This document shows, piece after piece, positions 15,935 to 24,233 of a DNA stretch of 32,000 nt. The stretch spans positions 1,320,001 through 1,352,000 of the forward strand of contig NC_006512.1 in the NCBI RefSeq assembly GCF_000008465.1. The letters run 5' to 3'. This DNA comes from Idiomarina loihiensis L2TR. GTDB taxonomy: Bacteria > Pseudomonadota > Gammaproteobacteria > Enterobacterales > Alteromonadaceae. The position numbers and the translations under genes were made by a program. Numbering within the stretch: position 1 is the first letter of the stretch; every line of letters begins with the position of its first letter. The notes beneath the pieces were generated by a model, which searched no databases, had not been told where the DNA came from, and saw nothing but the letters and a program-made list of their open reading frames with translations.

Positions 15935-16732
15935 TTAGTTCTGAGATTCATAAAGCAGGTTAAGCAAATCGTAGGTGTTTTCGGAAATGAATCCAAAAGA
16001 GAGTAACGCTTCTCTAATCTGCATGGGGTGGATTGAGAGACTCGACAGAGGAATAAATTCCTGGGTATTATAATCTTTCGTTAGTAACTTTAACGCTGCA
16101 TATTTTATTGTGTCATCGAAGTTATAACCCATGTCCTCCAGCGGTTTTACCAAGTATGTATTAACTACCTCTTTTTGTTCCGTTATAAAAATCGCATCTT
16201 CAAGCTGAGCACGAGAAAAACTTGATGACTTGTTTTGGCTAATTTGAAGATAATCCAGAATAACGTCTTGGTTTATAGGCATAGGGCTGCCTGAACCAGA
16301 TTCTAGAAACTTGGTAGCTTGTTGAACTGCTGGGCTCTGACTGATTGATTCTGCCAGTTGTTGTTCTTGTTCACTCCGTATTTCTTTTTCTTGCTGAGTC
16401 TCTTTAACCGTCTTTTCTGATTCTTCCTCTTCTAAAGCCGCTGAACGCTCCTTAAATGCGCTAAGCAATTTACTGTAGGACTCTTGGATATCGTCATGAC
16501 ACTTTTTCTGATGCTGATCAAGTTGCTCATATTCACTGCTGTCTAAATTAGGCCGATAGCGATCGAGCTGCATGAACGCATCCAATAACTCTCCGGAGGA
16601 CGAGGCGTTGTCGAAGTCGGCTTTTGCTTTATGGAAATGAGAAACATTGTCACAAGTGATTTGAGCAACGGCTGATGTTGAAAACGCAAAAGAAAAAGGT
16701 GCCAAAGCCAAAAACACTAAGGAGGTTTTCAT
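15935..16732 (-). CDS. Secreted protein of unknown function with an acidic Glu/Gln-rich central linker
   Basis: 265 aa. Signal peptide MKTSLVFLALAPFSFAFSTSAVAQ. Central EEEESEKTVKETQQEKEIRSEQEQQLAE. No family recognised. The stop codon lies 8 nt from the IS end. Confidence 0.6.
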   Translation of the reverse strand: MKTSLVFLALAPFSFAFSTSAVAQITCDNVSHFHKAKADFDNASSSGELLDAFMQLDRYRPNLDSSEYEQLDQHQKKCHDDIQESYSKLLSAFKERSAALEEEESEKTVKETQQEKEIRSEQEQQLAESISQSPAVQQATKFLESGSGSPMPINQDVILDYLQISQNKSSSFSRAQLEDAIFITEQKEVVNTYLVKPLEDMGYNFDDTIKYAALKLLTKDYNTQEFIPLSSLSIHPMQIREALLSFGFISENTYDLLNLLYESQN

Positions 16733-16767
16733 TAATTAGTTCCTTCTAAAAGATATGACTGAAAATA

Positions 16768-16803
16768 GCTTCTTGCTCATGCACCGCAATCCTTTGCAGA
16801 AGC
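16768..16803 (-). terminator. Possible terminator after ydbL
   Basis: On the minus strand, the imperfect stem GCTTCTGC...GCAAGAAGC is followed by TATTTTC. The loop is large (about 19 nt), so this is weak. Confidence 0.3.
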
Positions 16804-16806
16804 CAG

Positions 16807-17163
16807 TTAAGGCTTCTGCTTCCATTCTCCGTCAATTTTTACATAGTGACCTGACTTGGTGCGTTCAATGGCGCGTTTGCCGGCTAACAGCTCGACATCG
16901 GCAACAGCAATGTCATTGTTGTTGGCTATGCGCGTGTATTCCTGACGGCGAGCTTCGTTAATGTGTTTAACGATTTGTTCGGCTGTTTCGGTGGACTTTA
17001 CGACTCCCAGGTAACCGTCGGGTTTTTCACCCACCAGACCCTGCTCTTTGGCGTCACTTAACTGTGCCATTGACTGCTCTAAGTTTAGCTGCTGAGCTTG
17101 TGCCAGCGGGCTTGATAAGCCAATAAAAGCAATTAAAACTGCGGTTAGTAAATATTTCATCAT
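16807..17163 (-). CDS. ydbL: Periplasmic DUF1318 protein YdbL
   Basis: 118 aa with a signal peptide. QGLVGEKPDGYLGVV and INEARRQEYTRIA motifs. Third gene after ydbH-ynbE, as in E. coli. Confidence 0.8.
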   Translation of the reverse strand: MMKYLLTAVLIAFIGLSSPLAQAQQLNLEQSMAQLSDAKEQGLVGEKPDGYLGVVKSTETAEQIVKHINEARRQEYTRIANNNDIAVADVELLAGKRAIERTKSGHYVKIDGEWKQKP

Positions 17164-17178
17164 TGCATTCCTTTGTCG

Positions 17179-17364
17179 TTAAAATAAGCCACTGGATTCA
17201 GAAATTACGTCGTCGAGCGCTTTATCAACTTTAACGTAAATTTCATGCTTTATTTTAACGTTCAAGTTAATAGTAATAGGCTCTTTAGGTGCTGCGACCT
17301 GTACCGTTGGGGTACACCCCAGAACGAATAAAGGCACGCTTATTAGTAGCAATAATCGTTTCAT
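17179..17364 (-). CDS. ynbE: Lipoprotein YnbE
   Basis: 61 aa. Lipobox LGC, then TPTVQVAAPKEPITINLNVKIKHEI, nearly colinear with E. coli YnbE as I recall it. Confidence 0.85.
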   Translation of the reverse strand: MKRLLLLISVPLFVLGCTPTVQVAAPKEPITINLNVKIKHEIYVKVDKALDDVISESSGLF

Positions 17365-17376
17365 ACCATCCCCTGA

Positions 17377-19755
17377 TTAATTGATTTTTTGCTGTACTCG
17401 TTTACGGATAACATCGTTCAGACTGTTGCTTATTTGCAGTCCTTTTATCAATGCGGGTAAGTCTTCTTCTAAGCTTACGTTAAGCTCAACCGGACGTCCA
17501 TTTTCAAGCTCAGGGTTCGAGCCTTTTAGTTGTACTGCTAAGGTCAATTTACCATTGTCATTATAATCAACGGTCGTAGACAGTTGATTATAATAGAAGT
17601 TACCCAATACGCCTGCCAAAGTTTGTAAGCTGGGGTTACTGCCGGCAAGTTGAACCAGGGCGGACGAATCTACCTGCAGGTGACCACCGGGCGCCAGCGC
17701 ATCCAGATAACCTCTTTCTACGGTTAAATCGTTAGAGTCCCAGTAAACAGGGATGGTTCCTGAAACCTCACCATCTATGGAAATTTTGTTGCTTGGATAT
17801 TGACGCATGAGTTCACCCAGCGAAATTTTTTCGAACACAATGGGCAGTGCAAAGCTGTCGGTTAAAGAGTAACGCTGGTTGGGAATGCTTATGCTGCCAC
17901 CAAGAGCTTTAATGGTGTGACTGGTTAAGTCGAGAGTGGATTGCATAGGTTGTTGAAAGGGCAGTTGGGCTCTAAATTCAGCGGTGATTGGCCCCAGCGC
18001 AAAGCCTTGTTGCACGCTGCCAATGTGGAGCTTTGCATTATTCATATTAAGTTGTTCGTTATTAGCACTGAAACCAAAATCAATATTGCTATTAACCACG
18101 GATAAGGTATCAAAAACCCAATCGCTTTGTTGAATCTCTAATTGACCGTTGTCGAGGCGCCAGCGGTTATTATTTATGGAGTAAGTTACATCTGTCTGGC
18201 CGCTAATAGCGGCTTTACTCACCACAAATTGAGGCATCATAGTTGCTAGCAGGGCATCCAGTTGCGGAATTTGCTGCCAGTTAAAATCGGCAACTTCAAT
18301 TTTGCTTTTTAACTGATCAGAAGTAACCTGGCTATGGTGTGCCACTTTTATATGATCACCGAGTACGAGCTCTCCGTCACCGGTCAGTTGCTGCTGTTGA
18401 TATTGAAACTTACTGTCAAAAACGGCTTTGAGGTTCCGTATGGGGTCGAAATTAACTGCGTTGCTGTGAATGTTAAGGTCAAACTCTGCAAGCGCATTAT
18501 GAGGTTCGGAGTACGGATAATAAATTTGATTGAAGTTGAGTACGGCTAAGGCGTCGTTGTCTAAAGCTTTAAGCTCAATGCGGGTTGGCTCAGTACTATG
18601 GAGTTCGGCAACTGTGGTCGAGACTGTTCCGGAAAACTTCGATATGAGTTTGCTTATCGTCATTGATTGCCCGGCAACAGGAAGCTTAATGCTGTCCGCA
18701 TTCAGCTGCACATAATCGAGTTCAAGCGAGTTAAATTGCCATTGTTTTTGTTGTATCGATAACTCAGACGCGAGGCGAATCGTCTCGTTTTTTTCACCTT
18801 TAGCTACAGCATTTAGCTTTAGAGGCCAACGGGCTTTATTAACAGCCTGTTGAGCACTGAGCAATGAAACACCCAAACTGTCGCGGCTGTTCAGCTCCCA
18901 GGACAACGACGACAATTGTAGTGGTAGATCGGACTCGATTAATGACGCTAAGTTTTCAGTATCACCTTTCAGCTCGAGCTGATAAGAGTCCATAATACCC
19001 TTATTCAAATTTAGCTGAAGCTCACCTGTTGCTGTTGTGGTACTGCTGGTAATTTCGATTAAAGTGGGTTGCGTAATTGACACAACAAGCTCGCCGGACA
19101 ATTCAGCTATAAGACTCTCCACTGTCGCTGACTCAATATAAGGTGAAAGATTACCGTTCCACTTTGCATCAACCGACACTGGCTCGGTCGTTACCTTGTC
19201 TGCAAATTGCTGTGCCGCTAAAAGATAACTACCACCGGCTATAAGCTTCCCTGAGTTATAGTCATAATTAGCTTGTAACAGGGCGTTGTCGTAGCGAGCT
19301 TTTAGTTTTACCTGGTTATCGTGTCGAATAACTCTCACATCGGCGACAAGTGGCTCCTGGCTATTGAGCTCTAACCGCAATTGCTGCTTGTTTATCAGTG
19401 AAAGACTTGCAGAGACGCTTTCAGGCAGTAACTTGCCTTTCAGTTGTAGCGACTTAATATCGATACGTTCTGGTAATAAAGCCGGCATTTCCATGGAGAA
19501 TATCTGCGTGAGGTTTACCGCTGCGGTGGAACTTGCTCCTGACGATTCGGGTAAGGAATCAATTGTTATTTCCAGCTGCTTAATAACAATGTGGCTGGTA
19601 GTCAGTTTCTCAAATTCCACTTCCCAGTCAGTAACACCAGCCAATTTCAGTTGCTGGTTTAAATAGAAGTAGCCGAACAATGCTATAGCAAATGCAATGA
19701 GCAGAAGTGTGAGAAGCATGGAGCTGCCGAGTGATATTAACCGCCATAGCTTCAT
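17377..19755 (-). CDS. ydbH: AsmA-like intermembrane phospholipid transport protein YdbH
   Basis: 792 aa with a single N-terminal TM. A long beta-rich, repeat-like body. C-terminal YdbH-type region (DALAPGGHLQVD...LKGSNPEL). Operon context with ynbE and ydbL. Confidence 0.8.
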   Translation of the reverse strand: MKLWRLISLGSSMLLTLLLIAFAIALFGYFYLNQQLKLAGVTDWEVEFEKLTTSHIVIKQLEITIDSLPESSGASSTAAVNLTQIFSMEMPALLPERIDIKSLQLKGKLLPESVSASLSLINKQQLRLELNSQEPLVADVRVIRHDNQVKLKARYDNALLQANYDYNSGKLIAGGSYLLAAQQFADKVTTEPVSVDAKWNGNLSPYIESATVESLIAELSGELVVSITQPTLIEITSSTTTATGELQLNLNKGIMDSYQLELKGDTENLASLIESDLPLQLSSLSWELNSRDSLGVSLLSAQQAVNKARWPLKLNAVAKGEKNETIRLASELSIQQKQWQFNSLELDYVQLNADSIKLPVAGQSMTISKLISKFSGTVSTTVAELHSTEPTRIELKALDNDALAVLNFNQIYYPYSEPHNALAEFDLNIHSNAVNFDPIRNLKAVFDSKFQYQQQQLTGDGELVLGDHIKVAHHSQVTSDQLKSKIEVADFNWQQIPQLDALLATMMPQFVVSKAAISGQTDVTYSINNNRWRLDNGQLEIQQSDWVFDTLSVVNSNIDFGFSANNEQLNMNNAKLHIGSVQQGFALGPITAEFRAQLPFQQPMQSTLDLTSHTIKALGGSISIPNQRYSLTDSFALPIVFEKISLGELMRQYPSNKISIDGEVSGTIPVYWDSNDLTVERGYLDALAPGGHLQVDSSALVQLAGSNPSLQTLAGVLGNFYYNQLSTTVDYNDNGKLTLAVQLKGSNPELENGRPVELNVSLEEDLPALIKGLQISNSLNDVIRKRVQQKIN

Positions 19756-19924
19756 TTAGATATTAGTCCTTTTAATAAACGATGCTCTTTAACTTGCTGT
19801 TTTATAACTATAGTTAGCACGGATGAACCCTTCAAGGCAAAACCAACTTCGCGGCCTCTCTTTAAAAGCTTTTCACTTGATCTGGTTAAAAAACAAACAA
19901 AAGCTTTACCTTCATTTAATTTCG

Positions 19925-19944
19925 ATTATGATAACTATCATAAT
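19925..19944. promoter_or_regulatory. Perfect 9-2-9 palindrome (candidate operator)
   Basis: ATTATGATA-AC-TATCATAAT in the 371-bp intergenic region between divergent ydbH and the 20127 gene. Confidence 0.4.
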
Positions 19945-20126
19945 TATAAAAAGCGCTGACTGCAGGCATTTCGTCATTATTGGTTCTAGCTTCTAGTCAG
20001 AAATTGCACTTTGAAAGTTAAAGTTCTGTAAAGCCTCTTTTATACGCTGAGTTACGCAGATAGTCTAAACGCTGTCTATTAATTCACCATTAATGGCTTT
20101 TGAATAACTTGCGACAGGAGCTATCC

Positions 20127-21437
20127 GTGAGCACTATAACCAATACAGCAGTCAATGTGACGCCGGATACCCCGGTGTTTATGGGGTGCAGTAAACCTCT
20201 GGAAAGTGATGTTCAGTTTAGCTATTTTTTTAATGGTTGTTTTATCTATTCGTATAATCATACAACTGGGCATTGCACTTGTTTTACAGAGCTCGATGTC
20301 GCAACCGCTACGGTGAAGCCTTTTGGTTTAGTTGACAAACATTATGTCGTTATTGGCGATAAGCTTTTTCGCTCACCAGCACAAGCTAAGAAAGCCCACA
20401 GTGTATTACCCAATGTGAATGCCGCAAATGACAATAAAGTTGATGAACGTGTACCGCTTCCGAAAGCCGAAAATTTATCACCTATAAAGTCGTTAGCTTT
20501 AATTGAGCGTTGGTTTAATGAAGACTTCGATGTGAAGTGGGAAACCTATCAGGAAAGCCCTGAGTTCTATAATCTTATTCAATACTATCTGGCTCTTTGC
20601 TGTGATGCATACAAAGAAAAGCCCGATCAGGCATTTCTGGATGCAGGAGTTCAGGTTTACTTAAGCATGGCGCAATTCAGTTGGTTAAACCCGTCTATTT
20701 TGCACAACGCCGCGTGTGTGTACTGGTTAGCCGGAGAGCAGGACAGTGCCCTTGACTGTATTGAGCTTGCTTTAGATTTTCGTTACACCGGCATGGAAAG
20801 CCTGTTAAATGACGAAGACCTTGACGGTCTTAGAGAGCACCCACGGTTTCGTTGTCTGTCGAATAAGTACCAGACATTAAAGCCGAAATTTAACTATGTT
20901 ACGCCGGAGCTTTTCGAAGCCTTTGAGAATTTCGCGGTGCAGCAGTCTGACTCATTCGTGCGGTTTATGCGTGGCCATTTATTAAAAAACTTTAGGTTCT
21001 ATGATATCTCTGAACTGAGTGCTCGAATTGATAGTTGCGAAAACGATGATGAGCGTGAATACTGGCAACGTCTGGCATCATTCAATAATAACTATTTATA
21101 CAATTATATGCTGATGGACGAGCCTATGGATCTGTTAACAGAGCAGGGTAAAGCCAATTATCAGTTGTTTCAGCAATACCGCCATTACCGGGTACTTAAT
21201 CCTTTAGTTTTTGCCAAGGTAGCAGAGCAGTTGTTTCATCATGCTCATTATTGGGGCAGTCAACATCACGGCTTTTTTAACCAGCGCGATAGCGCTTTGC
21301 TGCAACAAAGCTTTCAGCTATTTCAGGAGTTTCACGTTGCGACAGAGAGCCTCTGTAGTGAAAAGCGCAATGAACTTATGGCAAAAGCAAAAGAGTACGA
21401 TATTTTCAATTACATGGAAAAGTTGGGGAGCTGCTGA
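20127..21437 (+). CDS. Hypothetical cytoplasmic protein (436 aa from GTG) with a TPR-like segment
   Basis: GTG 20127 lies 7 nt after AGGAG, and the track start at 20100 is TTG. No signal peptide. Cys-rich N-terminal segment (GCSKP...NGCFIYSYNHTTGHCTCF). One TPR-like stretch (HNAACVYWLAGEQDSALDCIELALDF...DEDLDGLREHPRF). No family recognised. Confidence 0.6.
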   Translation: MSTITNTAVNVTPDTPVFMGCSKPLESDVQFSYFFNGCFIYSYNHTTGHCTCFTELDVATATVKPFGLVDKHYVVIGDKLFRSPAQAKKAHSVLPNVNAANDNKVDERVPLPKAENLSPIKSLALIERWFNEDFDVKWETYQESPEFYNLIQYYLALCCDAYKEKPDQAFLDAGVQVYLSMAQFSWLNPSILHNAACVYWLAGEQDSALDCIELALDFRYTGMESLLNDEDLDGLREHPRFRCLSNKYQTLKPKFNYVTPELFEAFENFAVQQSDSFVRFMRGHLLKNFRFYDISELSARIDSCENDDEREYWQRLASFNNNYLYNYMLMDEPMDLLTEQGKANYQLFQQYRHYRVLNPLVFAKVAEQLFHHAHYWGSQHHGFFNQRDSALLQQSFQLFQEFHVATESLCSEKRNELMAKAKEYDIFNYMEKLGSC

Positions 21438-21442
21438 TTGAG

Positions 21443-22096
21443 TTAACCAGCCTGACGTATAGTCAAATTTACTCTACAGCGTCCGGTTAACGGGTGCATA
21501 GCCTCCTTAAGCTGTTGAACTCCGTGATATCTCAAGCGATCTTTTCCTCCCCAGACAAGCGCATCGGCATGCTGAAGACTGAACTTCTGATACTTATCAG
21601 AACGCTTAAAACCGCCCCACATAAAGGTTATAGGTAACCCGAAAGAAAATGAGACGATGGGCTTTGAGAAATCGGCTTCGTTTTTATCCTGATGGAGCCC
21701 CATTTTTGCGCCTGGCGTGTAAACGTTGATGAGACAAGAGTCTGGCTGAAAATTCTGAAAACCGGCTAAGCGTGAGACCTGCGTTGCTTTTACTAAAATA
21801 CTCTGGGGAATGTCGGGCCATGGCTGACCTGTTACAGGGTCGATATTCTGATAGCGATAACCGTGTTTATCGCTGAGCCACCCGTAACTTCCGCAACTGC
21901 TACTTTTTACCGACATTTTATGGCCTGCAGGGGTTGCTAAGTGACGCAGCGGTGATTGCTTTAAAACGCCACGGATATCATTGAGCAAAGCTTCATCATC
22001 CGCCAGCAAAAACTGGTGAAAAAGGGTAGCTTGCTCACTTATTTCGGTGCTTAATGGTTCAGAACCATCGTTGGCAAAGAGGTCAAGAGACGACAT
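21443..22096 (-). CDS. alkB: Fe(II)/2-oxoglutarate-dependent DNA/RNA demethylase AlkB
   Basis: 217 aa. HQDKNE (HxD iron ligands), RLRYHGV and the C-terminal RVNLTIRQAG match E. coli AlkB landmarks. Confidence 0.9.
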   Translation of the reverse strand: MSSLDLFANDGSEPLSTEISEQATLFHQFLLADDEALLNDIRGVLKQSPLRHLATPAGHKMSVKSSSCGSYGWLSDKHGYRYQNIDPVTGQPWPDIPQSILVKATQVSRLAGFQNFQPDSCLINVYTPGAKMGLHQDKNEADFSKPIVSFSFGLPITFMWGGFKRSDKYQKFSLQHADALVWGGKDRLRYHGVQQLKEAMHPLTGRCRVNLTIRQAG

Positions 22097-22704
22097 CAGT
22101 TTTCCCAGAGTGAAAGCGTCATTAGCAAGCGGTCCTGGCCTGGCCCTAAATAGTCACGCACCGTTTTGGTGGTGTTAAAACCAAAGCTCCGGTAAAGCGA
22201 AACTGCTGAGGCGTTGTCTGGCGCGACACTAAGCTCCATTTGTTTATAACCAAGGCTGCGCGCAAGTGCTATGGAATCGCTTAATAGCAACTTGCCCAGT
22301 CCCTTGCCCTGGAACATTTTCCCTACCAATAACGACATAAGAGATACATCAGAGTCTGAAACCGGAACCATTAAACTATAACCTGCCGTTTTTTCTCCCG
22401 CCTTTAGAGTTAAAAAAGTGTGTGGCCATTGTCTTAATGCCTGATAGAAAAAGGCCGCAGAATAAGCGTCATTTGAATAAAGCTGTTTTTCTAAAAATGC
22501 AATTTTGGAAATGTCGTTATAGCTGGTATTGGCTACTGTAAAATCGCAAGGCTGCGCATCTGTCGTTGCAAGGGAACCTACGCATAAACGGCAGTCATCT
22601 TCATGAGGCGCAGATGCCTCAACGTAACGCAGCTTATGAGAGGACTTCTCCCTGTTACTGGAGACCTGATAAACACGTTCTCGCTTTTTATTTTGCTCGG
22701 TCAT
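22096..22704 (-). CDS. GNAT-family N-acetyltransferase with an N-terminal extension of about 55 aa
   Basis: 202 aa. Acetyl-CoA motif A is QGKGLGKLLL, followed by LSVAPDNASAVSLYRSFGF. No in-frame alternative start exists downstream before the GNAT core. The stop overlaps the alkB start (TGATG). Confidence 0.8.
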   Translation of the reverse strand: MTEQNKKRERVYQVSSNREKSSHKLRYVEASAPHEDDCRLCVGSLATTDAQPCDFTVANTSYNDISKIAFLEKQLYSNDAYSAAFFYQALRQWPHTFLTLKAGEKTAGYSLMVPVSDSDVSLMSLLVGKMFQGKGLGKLLLSDSIALARSLGYKQMELSVAPDNASAVSLYRSFGFNTTKTVRDYLGPGQDRLLMTLSLWEN

Positions 22705-23218
22705 GGTGTTTGGTTCGGCGTTTGCCGCTGATCATAGGACGAATAAGCTCTATTTTACCAATATATGCGGTAACAACTACCGCTATGATATGAATAATAA
22801 CCAGAGCAAAAATGATGTTGGCAGAAACAAAATGAACGGAGGTTAGAAAACTGTCTCCATAGAGTGCATTGATTTCTTCGCGGAGGAAGCCAGTAATAGC
22901 TTGCAGTAAGAATAAAGCCAACAAAAAAAACACCATAAGCCCACCGAGTGGGTTATGACCCTGACCCTGATTTACTTTTCTGTGGCGAAGTTCTGCGACG
23001 TGTTCTTTAATTCCGACAACAGAAGGGAGGAAATTATGGAAGCGTGCATTTGGCGGCCCCGTAAAACCCCAGATGATCCTTATAATAACTAAGGTTGCGG
23101 CAGTATAACCCACGGCCTGATGAAAACTGCCTCCGGGTTCAAGCCAAAAGTAATTGAGACAAAAACACAGCACCAACAACCAATGAAAAGTTCTGATAAA
23201 TCTATCCCAAATGATCAT
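22688..23218 (-). CDS. Cytochrome b561 / Ni-Fe-hydrogenase b-type cytochrome family membrane protein
   Basis: I take the start as ATG 23218, after AGGAAGG. Product MIIWDRFIRTFHWLLVL... with 4 TM and conserved His (HW, HQAVGY, HFVSANI, HIIAV). The 3' end overlaps the GNAT start by 17 nt. Confidence 0.8.
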   Translation of the reverse strand: MIIWDRFIRTFHWLLVLCFCLNYFWLEPGGSFHQAVGYTAATLVIIRIIWGFTGPPNARFHNFLPSVVGIKEHVAELRHRKVNQGQGHNPLGGLMVFFLLALFLLQAITGFLREEINALYGDSFLTSVHFVSANIIFALVIIHIIAVVVTAYIGKIELIRPMISGKRRTKHHDRAK

Positions 23219-23240
23219 TGGTACTGCCTTCCTTACTGAG

Positions 23241-23531
23241 TTACTCGGTTTCTTGCTTGACGATACTGCCATCTACAGGATTAAAGTAAATTTCCACTTT
23301 CTGTTTACTTTTATCCTGACCGTAGATTTCGTAGCAATTTCCGTCAGTTACCTTAAACTCATTAATCTCGTAACCTTGTTCTTTCAACGACTGTTGGAAC
23401 TGCTCTTGATCCAGCCAGTTTTCCTTCGGTTCCATAGTGCACTGTGTGGTGCCTGATTCAGGGCCTCCGCAAGCGGTGACAAATAAAGCACTGGCTGCAA
23501 TTGTAGATAATTTAATAAGTTGGCTTTTCAT
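23241..23531 (-). CDS. Small PepSY-like lipoprotein
   Basis: 96 aa with lipobox VTAC. GYEINEFKVTDGNCYEIYGQDKSKQKVEIYFNPVDGSIV matches the short PepSY-like module often found next to cytochrome b561 genes. Confidence 0.65.
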   Translation of the reverse strand: MKSQLIKLSTIAASALFVTACGGPESGTTQCTMEPKENWLDQEQFQQSLKEQGYEINEFKVTDGNCYEIYGQDKSKQKVEIYFNPVDGSIVKQETE

Positions 23532-23606
23532 AAGACCTCCATTTTAACTAAAACTTAGAATCAAATGTAGCAACTCCAACTGAATAACGCTAACGCTCAT
23601 CAAATA

Positions 23607-24125
23607 TTAAAATGGCAAAACCCAGCTCATCCATAAAAAGTCCAGCCCGTCATTTGGACGTTTAATATCAGCATTCGAATAGTGGGTATAGCCTAACGCA
23701 ACGCGGGCCTCTGAGCTTGGACTGTACTGCCACGAAAGTGATACTCGGTCTTCGAACTGAAACTGGGTGGATAAGTGTCGGTCAGCTATCCGTGTTTTAT
23801 CGAAATAGCTGCCGCCAATGCCGGCTTCAATATAAAGCGGGCGTTCAGCTCCTGCTACATGCCAGGAAAGAATCGGGCTAATTGTGAACGCAGTAATATT
23901 GTCCGCTGTATTATTTGAGTCTTGCCAGTGGTTTAAGGCCGCTTCCAGATGAACGTCAGGTGAACCTATCCAACTTGGCAACTCAATGGGTAAGTCGGTT
24001 ACCCGGTAACCAGCCCTTACGCCTCGTAGCTGATCTGTAGAATAGGCGCCGGCAACATGAATCTCGTCAGCGAAAGATGAAAAACTCGATATTATTAGTA
24101 CAACCAGTGATGCTCTTAACCACAT
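23607..24125 (-). CDS. PagL-like outer-membrane lipid A deacylase / acyloxyacyl hydrolase
   Basis: ATG 24125 (MWLRASLVVLIISSFSSFA signal peptide). Small beta-barrel pattern, a HYSNA (His/Ser) motif, and a C-terminal aromatic residue (VLPF). Confidence 0.6.
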   Translation of the reverse strand: MWLRASLVVLIISSFSSFADEIHVAGAYSTDQLRGVRAGYRVTDLPIELPSWIGSPDVHLEAALNHWQDSNNTADNITAFTISPILSWHVAGAERPLYIEAGIGGSYFDKTRIADRHLSTQFQFEDRVSLSWQYSPSSEARVALGYTHYSNADIKRPNDGLDFLWMSWVLPF

Positions 24126-24155
24126 ATCACTCTCCAATAACCAAAAAGGGGTGAT

Positions 24156-24185
24156 ATTTTACATACAAACATGAATGTATGTAAA
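24156..24185 (-). promoter_or_regulatory. Putative promoter of the PagL-like gene, overlapped by a 10-bp-arm palindrome
   Basis: Minus strand reads TTTACA (24180-24185), an 18-nt spacer, then TAAAAT (24156-24161). The palindrome TTTACATACA-N8-TGTATGTAAA spans 24158-24185. Confidence 0.4.
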
Positions 24186-24233
24186 TTGGAAAATGAACTT
24201 TGGCTAACTGACTGCGCGTTTTTTAGTCTTTAT

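Noticed and set aside
19921-19944. Fur box upstream of ydbH or the 20127 gene (GATTATGATAACTATCATAAT)
   Set aside because: It matches the 19-bp Fur consensus at only about 14/19 positions. The TGATA/TATCA cores are 2 nt apart instead of 5, so the match is mostly AT-rich composition. I kept it as an unassigned palindrome instead.
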